Shown here: piece by piece, positions 1 to 12,158 of the stretch
Layout: each line of letters opens with the position of its first letter
Position numbering within the stretch: the stretch's first letter is position 1
NCBI GenBank assembly: GCA_964016885.1
Contig: OZ024743.1
Location: forward strand, 26,846,001 to 26,910,000
DNA length: 64,000 nt
Reading direction: 5' to 3'
Source: Eledone cirrhosa
Lineage: Eukaryota
Translations under genes and position numbers: made by a program
The notes under the pieces: model-generated
What the model was told of the DNA's origin: nothing
Database searches by the model: none
What the model saw: the letters and a program-made list of their open reading frames with translations, nothing else

Positions 1-445
1 ACGGCCATCAAAATAGTACTTCTTTTTTTTTTCACCTGGGAGTGAAAGGCCCCCAGTTGTTGTCACAACACCTTTCTGAGAGAGAGAAACTCTTTAAAAA
101 AACCTGCAGCTTCAGAAGCATCTGATGATGTTAACCAGTTCTCCTTTTCGGATAGTGTTTTCGATGCTAAGAGAGTGGGGTTGGTCCAGTGCAAGGCCAT
201 TCCCCAATTAAAAAACCTTCAAAGCACAGGTATTGCTTGTTCAGGATCTGTTACATGTTTGTGTGACTGGACGTAGTCTAGAAGTGCACCATTTTCTGTA
301 ATCTGACAATGATTGCAATACTCTTAGCAGAGTTTGCAGCCATCATATATATATGCATGTAAAAGGTAAACAAAAATAACAACACAATCGGTACAGTATA
401 TGGAAGGGATATATTAAGTTAACACTTGATATAGCAGGAAGTGGG

Positions 446-481
446 TCTTAACGTTTTGGACAGTAGTCCTTCATCAGAAGA
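446..481 (-). ncRNA. Degenerate minimal type I hammerhead ribozyme motif (Penelope-like pLTR remnant)
   Basis: Minus strand reads tctt-CTGATGA-a-GGAC tact GTCC-AAAA-cgt-t-aaga. Stem I is TCTT/AAGA, stem II GGAC/GTCC, and stem III the short palindrome ACGT. The conserved GAAA is AAAA, consistent with CpG decay. Confidence 0.55.
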
Positions 482-534
482 AAGAATGAGAAATAAAATA
501 GATTGAGGGGACGGCAGGTTGGAATAGACACATA

Positions 535-635
535 CAAGGTGTCCCTCAAAATGTATACATACTTCAACAGCATTCTAATAAATATTGCCTGTACAGGTAA
601 TCAAAGTGTGTATACATTTTCTGGGGGACACCCTG
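535..635. mobile_element. Tc1/mariner-type MITE (101 bp)
   Basis: Imperfect TIRs caaggtgtccctcaaaatgtatacatac / gtgtgtatacattttctgggggacaccctg, with TA on both sides. Confidence 0.7.
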
Positions 636-659
636 TATATATATATATATATATATATA

Positions 660-1551
660 CAGGGTGCGGACGATATTTGTTCGCAATTTTCAACTGCTAA
701 TTTTATGCAAATTTTTTTTACTTCCGTTATCACTCTTGTCTTCTAAAAACAGTGACTATATTTCCATTATTTATTTTCAGAATAATTGATTATGAATAAT
801 TTTGAACCTCCAAATTTGTGGAAGAGACACGGAGTTCTTCTTGGAATCCGCGCGGGAGGACAAATAAGACCAGAAGATCAACTCCCAGAACAACAGGTGG
901 TTCACTATCTCATCCAAAGACATGCCCAGAGTTATGCAGACAAAGTTTCCAGCGACAACATTGGTCTTAGGTGTCGTCAGCAGTCAAGGTGACGTCATGC
1001 CACCTCACTTCTTCCCTGAGGGCCTCAAGCTGAACACCAATGGCTACATCCGCATTCTGAGCTAGGTAGTAAAGCCCTGGATCGACCAGGTAGCTGCAGG
1101 TAGGCCGTACGTGTGGCCAGACTCAGCGCCCTGCCATACCACCCGAAAGACCCAAGCCTGGCTGTCAGAGAACTTCGTCAACCACACTTCACCTGACATC
1201 CGGCCTCCCAGCTCACCTGACTGCAACCCCCTCGACTTCTTTGTGGGGGGGGGGGGGCAGTGGAACGAGACACCAACAGATCTAGCTGCAATACGAAAGA
1301 CGATCTGAAGGCCAGGATCACAAGTGCCTTTAGGGGCCTAAGTCGGGAGACAGTGACGAAGGCCTGTAACCGGTTCCGAGGCCGCCTTGAGGCCGTCATC
1401 AAAGCCAATGGCGGGTTTATCGAGTTAGATCGAAAGAACAAGTCATGAAGACAAACTGACCCAAGTTTGATAAATAAATTTAAAAAAATAAAACTACTGT
1501 GTTATTTTTTCCTAGACAGTAATCTTGCGAACAGATATCGTCCGCACCCTG
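660..1551 (+). mobile_element. Internally deleted maT (DD37D) Tc1/mariner transposon
   Basis: TIRs cagggtgcggacgatatttgttcgcaa / ttgcgaacagatatcgtccgcaccctg with TA TSD. Transposase pieces MNNFEPPNLWKRHGVLLGIRAG, DSAPCH, PPSSPDCNPLDFFV. Near-identical to 40732-42033 but missing about 410 bp. Confidence 0.92.
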
Positions 1552-1599
1552 TATATATGTACAAACGTCATATCTCTTATAAAATATAAAATAATACTA

Positions 1600-2250
1600 A
1601 ATCACAAAACCTAACATCTATTTTCTAGCCAATGAACCAAGGCAAAATATCAACTTTCAAGGCATACTACCTGCAAAAACTGGTCGATATTAGATACAGA
1701 CCCTTATATGTCCCTATGAGATTACTGTTGATCATTTAACATTTTAAATGCTGCCCATATTATTGATATCCCCTGAAAAAGGATAACTACAAAATATAGT
1801 TTGGAAGAAAGTACCATCCAAGTAAAAGAATGCCATTTAAGGATTTGGGCTAATGGAGGAGTGTGTTACAGTTACATAAGGAGTTTCAAAGTTAGCAGGA
1901 GAGTTTGGATTGAATGTAGTTATAGCAGATGATATCTTACAATTCATTGTTGATAGGAAAGAAGATAAAAGAGATTCTAACAAAAGAATTTGCAAATATG
2001 GCTGAACACCTGAATGGAGATGAATGAAAAGGAATATGAATGTGTTTGTGAAGATAACAAAAACTTATGGCTTTATATGATTTCTAATGCTAATTCTTTG
2101 ATTGAAGAATATTATGAAATGAATCCTGACTGGAAGCAATGTGACTTCGTAGAATGGAGTTTAAAAACAGTCTTAGCACCATATTCTGAAATTAATTAGG
2201 AGAAAAGAAAGACATGACAAACAACTCTGAAATCATATATTAGGAAGGTG
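1600..2250 (+). pseudogene. Highly decayed pogo/Tigger transposase fragment
   Basis: About 1626-1675 translates PMNQGKISTFKAYYL, the pogo QPMDQGxIxxFKAYY motif. Downstream sequence is stop-ridden. Confidence 0.5.
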
Positions 2251-3019
2251 AATGACCATCAGCTTTGTCCACCATTGGAGGATGACCCATAAACAGGGCT
2301 AACATTACAGAACTAAAGTTGTATCCTCTAATATTGGATGAGATCAACACAGTAGTGCTATAAAAATGTTATCATTGACATTGATCAGAATCACTTGGGG
2401 AGTATACACATTGTTTAGTAATTTAGATAGTATTTCATTAAGTCATTATACATTGCAAATTTAACATACATCATTTTATTCAAACCATTGTAAATCTTCT
2501 GCATTCAAAGTCTATGCTGATGACCTGATGTTACTATGCAACATTACAATTCATACACAGGCATGATACAATTTGCCATTCACTGAGAGAGAAATATTTT
2601 GTTGTTAGCCAATTGAAAATTTTCCACCTTATTCTTATTCTGGCTACTATGCTTTTAGTGCATCCATCAACTTTGATAAATAGGTCACCTAAGTAGCAAA
2701 AGCTATCAACAATCTTTAATCAATCTTCCGAATATTGGAGGGAATTTATTTTATATGTATTATTACTGCTGCCTACACACCTGTTAAGTTTCCATCTATT
2801 GCCCTATTTGATGCTCACTCACCTACCATCTGTCAACTTCTTCACTGTATAATATCAAGTGAATTAACAGAGATCACTCAACGTCTTTATCATTCCCTTT
2901 ATCATTACAATGCAACTTTTTACCACTACACCATCACTTATAATTATCACACCCATTGCCATTATCCCTTTACCTCACTCAAACAATCTAAATCCAATCA
3001 TAAGACATATGCTGTGTTC

Positions 3020-4380
3020 AAGAAGTGAGATGGAGGAGAGCCTCTGCCAGACCCCTCACAGGCAAACAGCATTGATATAAGTTCTTCTTAGTAGGAAATA
3101 ATGATATGGAAGGTGGAATAGGCATTTTACTAGATGAGAAGTGGATATATAATGTAATTGAGGTAGAGTAAATGACAGAATTATCATGCTCAGAATAATC
3201 ATAGGCAATGGAATAACAACAGTTATCTCTACTTATGCAGAACTAAGTAAGGAACAAAAAGTCCATTTCTATGAAGATCTCTTATAAATAACTTTGATAA
3301 TAGATAACAGTAACTTCAATGGACATGTTGGTCAACACTAGGATGGCTACTTCAGAGTGCATGGTGGCTATGTATATAGCTCGAGAAGTGAAGAGGGATC
3401 AAGGCTCCTAGAAATCAGTGGTGCAAATAGATCATTTGCACTACTAAGTTCAGGAAACTAACCAGCCACTTGATCACCAATTAATCAGGTGAATATGCAA
3501 ACCATATTAACTTCATGCTGGTTAGAAAATGGAATAGACGGTTGGTTATGAATGCTTTTCCTAGAGAATGCATACCCCCACCGTAATATAAGTTAGTTAT
3601 CAGTATTGACAGGATAAGAACTAGATGAAATCAGAAATACAGGAAAATCTGAAGATGGAGGGTATGGAAGCTAAAAGATTTGATGTGTAGAAAAAGGAGC
3701 AGGTAGGAATGCGATATGATAGACACAATGTAAAACATGGGTACACAAGAGATGTAGTGGGATTGTAGGAAGGCAAACAGAAATAGTAAGCTTTGTATGT
3801 AGGAGATGCACAGGGGTAGTTAGTAGTAAGAGCCCCAGTGTAATAGACTATATCCAAATCCTGCGAAAGCTCCATACAAGTGGAGGAAGTTGCTCTGAAA
3901 GTAGCTAGAATAAGAACAGGGTAGAAAAAGTTCAAAGAGTTACTGCCTGTTTTCTCTATAAAAATGAAAGGCTGATGACCTGATGCTTGTGTATGAAGTG
4001 TGATGCTGCATGGAAGTGAAACACAAGCAGTAAATGCAGAGGATATGCAAAGGCTGGAGAGAGATGCGTGAACATTTGTGCATGAACAGTCAAGCATGGA
4101 TGAACTGAGAGAAAAACTTAGTATAAGAGGAAACAAATGTAGAGTGCAGACATATGATGCATATGGATAATGATTGTTGGGTGTGAAGAGCCAGGAGTTT
4201 CCAGTAGAAGGAAGCTGAAGTATAAGAAGATAAATAAAATCTGGGCAGAAGTAATGAGAGTGGATCTCACAGACGAGATGACGAAGGAATGCAGTAGGTG
4301 GAGGGAAACTCTTATGGAGAAGAGCCGTCCAACCCATTCAAACATGGAAAAATGGATGTCAAAGGATGATGATATGTATA
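3020..4380 (+). mobile_element. Old, deleted RTE LINE copy (endonuclease remnants, C-terminal RT remnants, GAT tail)
   Basis: Remnants NFNGHVG, VARIRTG.KKFKELLP, VMLHGSET, similar to the 27944 copy. Ends acccattcaaacatggaaaaatggatgtcaaaggatgatgat, the family 3' end. Confidence 0.7.
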
Positions 4381-4489
4381 TATGCATGTGTGTACTTGTC
4401 ACTTACCCATGATATACCGATCATGCTTCTTACTCCTGCCATCCTCTTCCCACCCAACAACCATAAATGAGGGCACATAAGTCAAGTCT

Positions 4490-5010
4490 ATGACTGGTAA
4501 CCTTCCTGGTGCTGATGCCATGATAAAATGCACCCAACACACTCTCTAAAGTGGCTGAGGTTAGGAAGGACTTCCAGCAGTAAAAACAATGCCAAAGGTT
4601 GAACCTTCCAGTGACAACACGATAACTCTAGTGCTGGTGCCATGATCAATGTAATCAGTACCCACTATAAGGTAGTTGATGATAGAACGGGCATCCAGCT
4701 ATAGAAACCATGCCAAAAAAGGTAATGTGAAAGACATGAAATTTTCCCTAGTGCTGGCACCACAATAAAATGCACTCAGCAGAGTGTGGGAATATATGTA
4801 AGTGAGATATAACATATGTAACCCCTCTTGGTGATCTACACGATAAACATGACCAGTACACCATGTAAAGTGGTTGGTGATAGAAAATCTGCCAAACAAA
4901 AGATTGGGAGAACTCTTCAGCTGTGTCAAAGACATTACAACTTTTCTAGGGTTGGTGCTACAATAAAATGCACTTAGTAGAGTGTGCAAACATATGCAAG
5001 TAAGATGCAG
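4490..5010 (+). repeat. Tandem degenerate copies of an RTE-3'UTR-related module (gtgctggtgccatgataaaatgcac...aaagtggttgg)
   Basis: Module recurs near 4509, 4630, 4750 and 4950, and again at about 21010 and 21065. It shares gtggttggtgttaggaagggcatccagc with the RTE 3' UTR. Confidence 0.55.
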
Positions 5011-5506
5011 ACCCCCCAAACTATCCGAGAGGTCAGTAGCTCAGCTAAAGTACTAGTTTAGTCAGTGATGACCTACCTTATTCTTACTAGTAGAGAAAAT
5101 GGATGATTGATGATATTATATATATGCATATACATTCTTTATTGTGGCTAAGTAATGAGTCTCGTTACTCCAGAGTTTTACCTGTGTACTCACAGGATCA
5201 TCATATAGATATATATTTATATATGTAGCTTCTTCATTTAGTTTGTGAAACAGGGTGTGTCTGCTGGTATTAACATTCATACTAATATATAGGTAATTGG
5301 TTACTTTAAGATTTGTGCTAATTCAGATTTTAAAATTTAGTTGGTTGAATATTATAATGAGCATATTTCAAATTATGTCTTTCTGGAGTCTGTTTCTATT
5401 AGACACTATCCCAAGGCTGTCATATCTATACAATACTATGCTAGCCTCCTCTACTTCATTTCTGATCTTGCTTTATATAAAAGTAACACTTGAGTTTTTA
5501 TAGTAT

Positions 5507-6430
5507 ACTAGCAGTGGTACCTGGCATTGCACGTGATAAGGTATTTTGGAACGCGGGCTACCAACAGACCTAATCGTGGAAAAACTGCATGCCTGGACAA
5601 TATGTAAAGAAAATAAACCGAATACTCTGATGGCTGGATAATCTTTAAGATTTTCCTCGATGAAGCAGGAAAAATGCAGGTTTTCACCTAATGCGGGCCC
5701 TATGGGATCAAGAAAATGAATTTTTTTTATGTGCATAATATGCCTTGAAATTTCAGGAAAATCGGTTAGACGTAACGCCTCCAAAAGGCCCTAAGAAGCT
5801 GAAAAAATGAAGTTTTTCACCTAATGCAGGCCCTAGGCCATAAGAAAGTTGGATTTTCTTTGCTTACGGTATGAAGAAGAGACTGACTAATACATAGTTA
5901 CAATTTCAAGGAAATCGGTCTGACGTAACGCCTAAAAAAACCCTAAAAATCATTAAAAATGCAATTTTTCACCTAATGCGGGCCCTAGGAGATAAAAAAA
6001 AAGTTGAATTTTTTTTATGTGCATAACACTCCCTGAAACATAAGTAATACATATGTAAAGTTTGAAAAAAATCGGTTGGGTACTTCTCGAGTTTTAGGGA
6101 TTCAAACTCACACACACACACACACACATCCTCAGGGAAGTGACGTAATGCAGACAGCCAGACATACAGACAGATATTATAAGGGCACGACGTTTATGTA
6201 TGTATCTATCTAAAAAGAGAAAGACTAAGAATTATAGAGCGAGATCGCTAAATCGCCTAATATGGTCCCTAGGGCATTGAAAATTTGAAATTATTTTGCT
6301 CAGAACACTCCCTGAAACATAAGTATTACGTGTAAAGTTTGAAAACAGTCGGTTCGGTGGTTCTTGAGTTTTAGGGATTCAAACTCACACACACACACAG
6401 ACAGACATCCTCAGTTTTATATATATAGAC
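5507..6430 (+). mobile_element. Non-autonomous Helitron/Helentron-like (DINE/HINE-type) element with internal tandem subrepeats
   Basis: Starts actagcagtggtacctggcattgcacg and ends acagacagacatcctcagttttatatatataga. Internal ~140-bp subrepeats (ttttcacctaatgcgggcccta at about 5681, 5814, 5965). Block 6026-6134 is duplicated at 6305-6414. Confidence 0.6.
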
Positions 6431-6815
6431 TAGCAGAAAACCGCCCACCGGGTGGTTTTCTGCTAGTATATATATATATTACACACACAGAAATGTATAT
6501 ATATTTCTGTGTGTGTATATATATATATATTACACACAGAGAAATGTATATATATTTCTGTGTGTATATATATATATATTTCTGTGTGTGTATATATATA
6601 TATATTACACACACACAGAAATGTATATATGTTTCTGTAGCACTCCTCAATTCCCCCCTCTCTCCCTCCCGCTATCCCCCTCTCGTAGTCTGTCTCTTTC
6701 TTTCACTCTCACTCTCTCTCTACGCGTGCGCAAAAAACATTCGCACGCGCGCACGTGTTTCCACTGTCGGACAGACAGACAGAGAAATTGCTGGTTATAT
6801 ATTATAAGGAGATTA
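6429..6815 (+). mobile_element. Second Helitron-like element in tandem, starting with a 39-bp hairpin
   Basis: actagcagaaaaccgccc-acc-gggtggttttctgctagt (6429-6467), then palindromic acacacagaaat..atttctgtgtgt repeats. Ends cggacagacagacagagaaattgctggttatatattataagagat. Confidence 0.5.
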
Positions 6816-6954
6816 TTAATGTTAATTTATAGTTGAGTGTGAAGTACTTTGTGTCATGTTTTATGACTTTTATTTATGCATCCTTTGTTCTATAGTTTGT
6901 CTGCTGTTGATTTACATAGTACACTGTGTGTGATTTGTGTATTTTAACATATTC

Positions 6955-7400
6955 TTGGAGGCTCATCATGCATTTATAACACACTACACCACACACCAAA
7001 ATACATAACTGGATGGGAAAATACTAATGAACAATACATACAGATTATACGATATTCCCAACAAAAACAGACAATTAATTATGGAAGCAGTACTTATAGC
7101 ACAATACAATCCTTTGATAAACATGCAAACAGCATTCGCATGTCATAAACAAAATAAACACGTGACAAATGATGTATAGATCAAATGGTCAAATATGAAA
7201 CTTCAAATTTTGATATTAAAGCTAACAAATTTTGGTGATGAGACTGAAGGTTTTGAAATATTGATTATGAACTTAAGAACCTTGTTGTTACATACGATCC
7301 GCAAAGGACTCATAAAGAAATATGATAAAAATAACTGATAAAAAGTTTAAACTGGAACACCACACAAGCATATATGTATATTATATATATATATATATAC
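6955..7400 (+). pseudogene. Penelope-like element remnant: C-terminus of GIY-YIG endonuclease plus 3' region
   Basis: About 7051-7131 translates DIPNKNRQLIMEAVLIAQYNPLINMQT, matching the L.I.EA++I...P.+N.Q end of PLE GIY-YIG domains. It is followed by a degraded tgatga-gac...gaaa motif (about 7236-7258) and (TA)n. Confidence 0.6.
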
Positions 7401-7549
7401 ACACGTTTTATGTAAATTATTGAAGCCCTGGGTAATAAGTAATGCCTTTTAGAAAATGTAGGAATACTAAATATGGGAAAGACTAACAATAGTCAATTGC
7501 TACAAAATAGCATAGAAAGTTGGGTAAAATACCCCTATGGACAGAAAAA

Positions 7550-7632
7550 TGTGGCCAGCAGCCACTACAATGTATCGAACTCCATATCCCTCAAATTCTG
7601 GCCGATTGCACTAACCATTGAGCTAAGCAACG
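7550..7632 (-). mobile_element. tRNA-derived SINE head
   Basis: Minus strand gcttagctcaatggttagtgca...gagttcgatac has Pol III A and B boxes but no proper cloverleaf. Confidence 0.5.
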
Positions 7633-8513
7633 TTTGACAAGAAATTCTGTAATTTACAGGTATCTATATTGGTACACACAAACTCAAACACAGACACATA
7701 TATACACATACAAACAACAAAGGTTTAGTCAAGTACATAGATTCCCCAGTACTTAGTCTCATTTTATTGCTATCTATTTAGTAAATGCCTGAGGTCACCT
7801 ATTAAGATACATCTCTTTGGGGAATGCCCTCCCCCACTCATTACCATGTAAATATCACAAGGAATTTACAGTGATCTATATTGGTATACACAAACTCTGA
7901 TACAGATGTATACAGAGACACACATACAAGTTTAGTTGCCTCTTACGACATACAAGGATATTGTGTACCTATACTGTTAAACACCAGTAAACTATTCAAT
8001 TTCTGTTCTCTCCTAACTTAGTAAATTTTTTGTTAGTTTTTTTTCTCATTGTGCCTTCTCTATTTAGTTTAGAAATTATCCAATTGTATCCTTTGATGAA
8101 TTTTAGTTTAATCACTTGTCTAACCCATGCTAGCATGGAAAAATGAACATTAAACGATGATGATGATGATATCAAGAAATTATTGAAAATTATCTTTTTC
8201 AATAAATCTTCATAAGAAACAGAATTTATAATTATTATAAGCCAAAACAACTATTTCTATACTGAGATGAATTTTTATTTCACCAGCTTTGCTATTTTAG
8301 AATAAAATAAAATTTTATCACTAAAACCAAATAAAAAAAAAAAATAAATGATTTAATTTATCCTAATTTGCTTGTTGCTGCTAGGCTGAATGAAATGAAG
8401 ATTTCATGAACTATTTTTCCATTTCTTATTTCTTTTGGCAAGAAAGACCAATAAAATGTATAAATTCTATAAATATGTTTGATCAATATTATTTAAGTTG
8501 AATAATAACTTAC

Positions 8514-9124
8514 CTTGTGGAGCCTTTTGAGCCACCAATTCTGCGTGTACCACTTCTATCATGACATGCATCAATTAACTTTCGTAAGAGAAGTAAACAC
8601 TCTCGAAATGTAGAGAAGAAAGGATGATGGCTAACAATGCATAGTGATGTCAGAGTATTATTCCTAACCCGGCTGGCTGTTTTTAAACGACGTCTAGTCC
8701 TTGGAGATCTTTGTGGGTGATCAGTTTCTCCATGATGAGGTGTTAATTTATTGGGATCTCCATAATGATCAAAACGATCACGAGACTTTTCACTTGAATG
8801 GGCTTTCCGTTCAAAAGGACGGAAAAAGTTTACACATATTCCATATCGAACAATTCCAGAATCTTTTTCAGTTAACGTAAATACAAAAGGTGTAGTTTCT
8901 CGCAGACTAGTTCTTTTGGGCCCTTCACTAATGCAACCTTCTGGTTGACAGAAGAAGATGACATCATTTGGAAGTGGGAAATCTTTGTGGTCTTCAACTG
9001 GATAACGACGAAGCAGCTCAGGTGTTTGTGCTACATTATTATTATGATTCGGATTGCGAGTTCCTACAATCACAATATAATCCAACAGCCGTGGCGAGAA
9101 GTATTTCTTCATGTATTCACACAT
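8514..9124 (-). CDS. MADD: MAP kinase-activating death domain protein / Rab3 GEF (DENN family), first coding exon (uDENN region)
   Basis: PRLLDYIVIVG...AQTPELLRRYPVEDHKDFPLPNDVIFFCQPEGC...FVFTLTEKDSGIVRYGICVNFFR...LTSLCIVSHHPFFSTFRECL matches the MADD/AEX-3 N-terminus. The ORF-track stop is really a splice donor AAG|GTAAGT (GT at 8513-8512). Downstream exons were not found in this window. Confidence 0.92.
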
Positions 9125-9315
9125 TGTTAAGTGTGAATGATGTATATCTCCAAGTTATGTGTATGTGCTAGTGATAGCACAAATGTTTTATGTAGTAGGT
9201 GGATAGTAAGCAAGCATTTTTTCTTGAAGCACTTTAAAGGTTGTTGTTATTTTCATACATTTTAGAATGACACAAACCTCTGATAGAACATGAATCCATA
9301 CTGCTGACTACTAGC
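9125..9315 (-). other. MADD: 5' UTR portion of the MADD first coding exon
   Basis: Acceptor tctcctattttatttatcttgacAG|GCTAG (AG at 9317-9316) upstream of the ATG, implying at least one non-coding upstream exon. Confidence 0.65.
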
Positions 9316-9584
9316 CTGTCAAGATAAATAAAATAGGAGAGGTTAAAAAATGAATTAGAAACAATGCTATACAACTTTCAAATACTAGAACATTATTTTT
9401 TATGTGAAAAAATTATAAAGCTAACTTTTAATTTTGAAGATCAGCTATTGTATATTAAAGATAAATTTAGCTGATTTGTATCTTTCCTTTATTTTAATTA
9501 TTTTAAAATGAAGTTGAAATTCAGATACATTGTGGGAAGAAAAATAGACACACAATAATACCATCATAATTTGTAATAGATTAA

Positions 9585-9823
9585 CCCTTTCAATACCAAT
9601 CCACCCAAAACTGCCTCTGATTCTATGAAACGAGACCACATATTTTAAAGGATTCCTATATAAATTTTTCAACATCATTTTATATAACTATCTTTTGTTA
9701 AGTTGTGTTACAAATACTATCTTAATAATAAAATAACTAATAATTATAGAAAAAAAACCTCCAAATTTTTTACAAATGAATTCACATACATTATATTTCA
9801 TGAGAAATGTTGCAATGGAAGGG
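9585..9823. mobile_element. piggyBac-type MITE
   Basis: TTAA-CCCTT...AAGGG-TTAA termini. Related copies at about 50298-50541 and a partial at about 52032. Confidence 0.7.
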
Positions 9824-9941
9824 TTAAGGACTTGCTGGAAGGCATGTTTGAGGAATTTGGCCCCATGATCCTCCTAGCATATACATATATAGATGTATAC
9901 ATTTATGTATGTGTGTGTGTGTGTGTGGAAATATTTAGTGA

Positions 9942-10060
9942 AGGCGCATGGCAGAGTGGTTAGAGAATTGGATTCGCAATCATGAGGTTGTGAGTTCGAT
10001 TCCTGGACCGGGCGATGTGCTATGTCCTTGAGCAAGACACTTTATTTTGCGTTGTTCCTT
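9942..10060 (+). mobile_element. tRNA-derived SINE (second family), 5' part
   Basis: ggcgcatggcagagtggttagag (A box), gagttcgattcc (B box), then gtccttgagcaagacacttta. Same family on the minus strand at 45560-45722. Confidence 0.7.
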
Positions 10061-10189
10061 CTACCTGGAGTTGCGACCGATAGATAGTACTAGCAATTGG
10101 AAAGACCATTGGAAACATTGTTTCCTTGGTCTGATTTGATGAAAGTCGATCGACTGTTGATATGTGCAAATCTTATTGGTTGTGCTTTT

Positions 10190-11495
10190 CATAATTTTGG
10201 CTGGGTTTTACTGGTTGTATGCCTTTCCTATCACCAACCACTTTACAGCATGGACTGGATGCATTGTTCATGCCACCAGCACTAGGGAAGTTGTCTTACC
10301 AGACCGAAGAATCTTCACCACCCTGTATCAGTTTATATCTGGAGTGTCTACCCTCCTAGACTGGTAGCCATCATTAAGGCTTACGGAACCCATGTCTGCC
10401 CCATGCAGTTGTTTTTACATCGGAGCGTGATCTTCTGTATTATTGCATAACACCAGAAACCTTTGAGAGGTGCAATTGTGCAAGGTTAGCTTTTATCACC
10501 TCATACCAAGTCTTTTTAGGTCTTCCTATTTCATAGCTTGCATTAACTCAAGCATCACATGTTCATATCAGTGTAATCTCCTCTCCTGCACACTGTATCT
10601 GATCCCTCTTATACAAAGTTTCTCTCTCAGTTCATTTATGCTTTGCTGCTCATTTATATTAATATTACACATCCATCGAAGCATGCAAGCTTTATTTCTT
10701 TCCAGTCTTCGCAGGTCCTCTGCTCACTCCTCTCTACCATGCAACATTGTTGTTTGTATACATGCATTATGCAATCTGCCTTTTAGTAGCTAGAATCAGC
10801 AACAGCTCCTTGAACTTTTTCCATCCCGTTCTTACTCTGGCTACTGTACTTTTGGAACACCCACATCCACTGCTGAATTGGTCATGTTGGCAGCACAAGC
10901 TGTTTACTGCTTCTATGGAACCTTCCAAGAATTTGATAAAGCTTGTTTCCTGTGGGCATTTGCTGCTTACTGCCTCTGTGCAACAGCCACATGTAAAACC
11001 TACGTTCTTAGCTAACCTACCTGAGGTCCCACTACATCTCTTCTGTACCCATAGTTTACATTTGGGACAGAGAATGGAATTTCTGTCTATGCCTTTCCTG
11101 CACAATGTGCAAAGCCATTTCCCTGAGGGGATCAGAACCCCGCTTTCCCTTTTACTTACTAGGACCTTAGTCTTTGTCAGGTTGACTTTAAGACCATTTG
11201 ATTCTAGGCCATGCTTCCAGATTTGGAATTTCTTCTCTAATTCTGCTATAGATTCAGCTATTAATGTTAGATTATCTGCATACAGGAGTTCCCATGGGAA
11301 GTCAGTCTTAACCTCCTCTGTTATAGCCTGCAGGAGAGAGGACAAAGAACACAGCCCTGATGGACTTTTAACTACTCATTAAATCCTTTACTATAGTCAT
11401 TGTTAATCCAAACTTTGCTGATTGCTCCTTTATACATGGCTTGTACAGCATTCACAAGAAACTCATCTACTCCTAGTTTTCTTAGAGCCCACCAG

Positions 11496-11497
<2 letters not shown>
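10190..11497 (-). mobile_element. 5'-truncated, frameshifted RTE LINE (PHD-containing family)
   Basis: IWWALRKLGVDE, FPWELLYADNL, CTLC..CPKC..VQKRC..CGCC, VARVRTGWKKFKELL. 3' UTR remnants at about 10190-10290. Confidence 0.85.
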
Positions 11498-11532
<35 letters not shown>

Positions 11533-11534
<2 letters not shown>

Positions 11535-12088
11535 GCGTTGGTATGGACATGTGATGCATATGAAGGACGACAGCTGTATAAAAAAGTGCAGGCCAATAAA
11601 AATTGATGGCGGCTGCGGTGTGGGTAGACCAAGAAAAACCTGGGACGAGGTGATAAAAACTGCCCTTGCCCACCTACACCACTCTAAGACAATGACACTG
11701 GATCAAGACCTTTGGCACCATGCAGTTGTACAGAAGACCCGACTACCATTGCATACAAACCTACAGTCAGTAGGCACCTCTTAACTCAATGTACACCCCA
11801 CTGCCACACCCTACCCCACTCTCCCTCTCCTGTTCTGTCCATTGTCTCGATGACACAACAGTCGACACTGTAAGGTCACCGTGTAGGAGACACGGTGAAA
11901 AGGCTCCCAGTCCACACTGTAAATGTGGTTGGTGTTAGGAAGGGCATCCAGCTGTAATAAAAACCTGCCAGAGACGCTTCCGTGCGAGCGAGACATGGTC
12001 TCACGATCATTCTCACATTAAATGGAACAAAACCGTCTAACCCATGCTAGCGTGAAAGATTAACGTTAAACGATGATGATGATAATGA
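11533..12088 (+). mobile_element. 3' end of RTE LINE with (GAT)n tail
   Basis: RWYGHVM...GRPRKTW...DQDLW, the family 3' UTR, then cccatgctagcgtg...acgttaaacgatgatgat. Confidence 0.85.
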
Positions 12089-12123
12089 TATATATCATCA
12101 TCATTTTACATCTGCTTTTCCCT

Positions 12124-12158
<35 letters not shown>

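Noticed and set aside
100-330. Possible next MADD exon on the minus strand
   Set aside because: The most plausible frame has a stop and no resemblance to the DENN sequence expected after the first coding exon.
8510-8513. ORF-track stop making a 204-aa complete protein
   Set aside because: The TAA is part of the GTAAGT splice donor, and MADD is a much longer multi-exon gene.
9942-10020. Possible tRNA gene (also 7550-7632, 45650-45722)
   Set aside because: A and B boxes are present but the acceptor and anticodon stems do not pair, and SINE body sequence follows.
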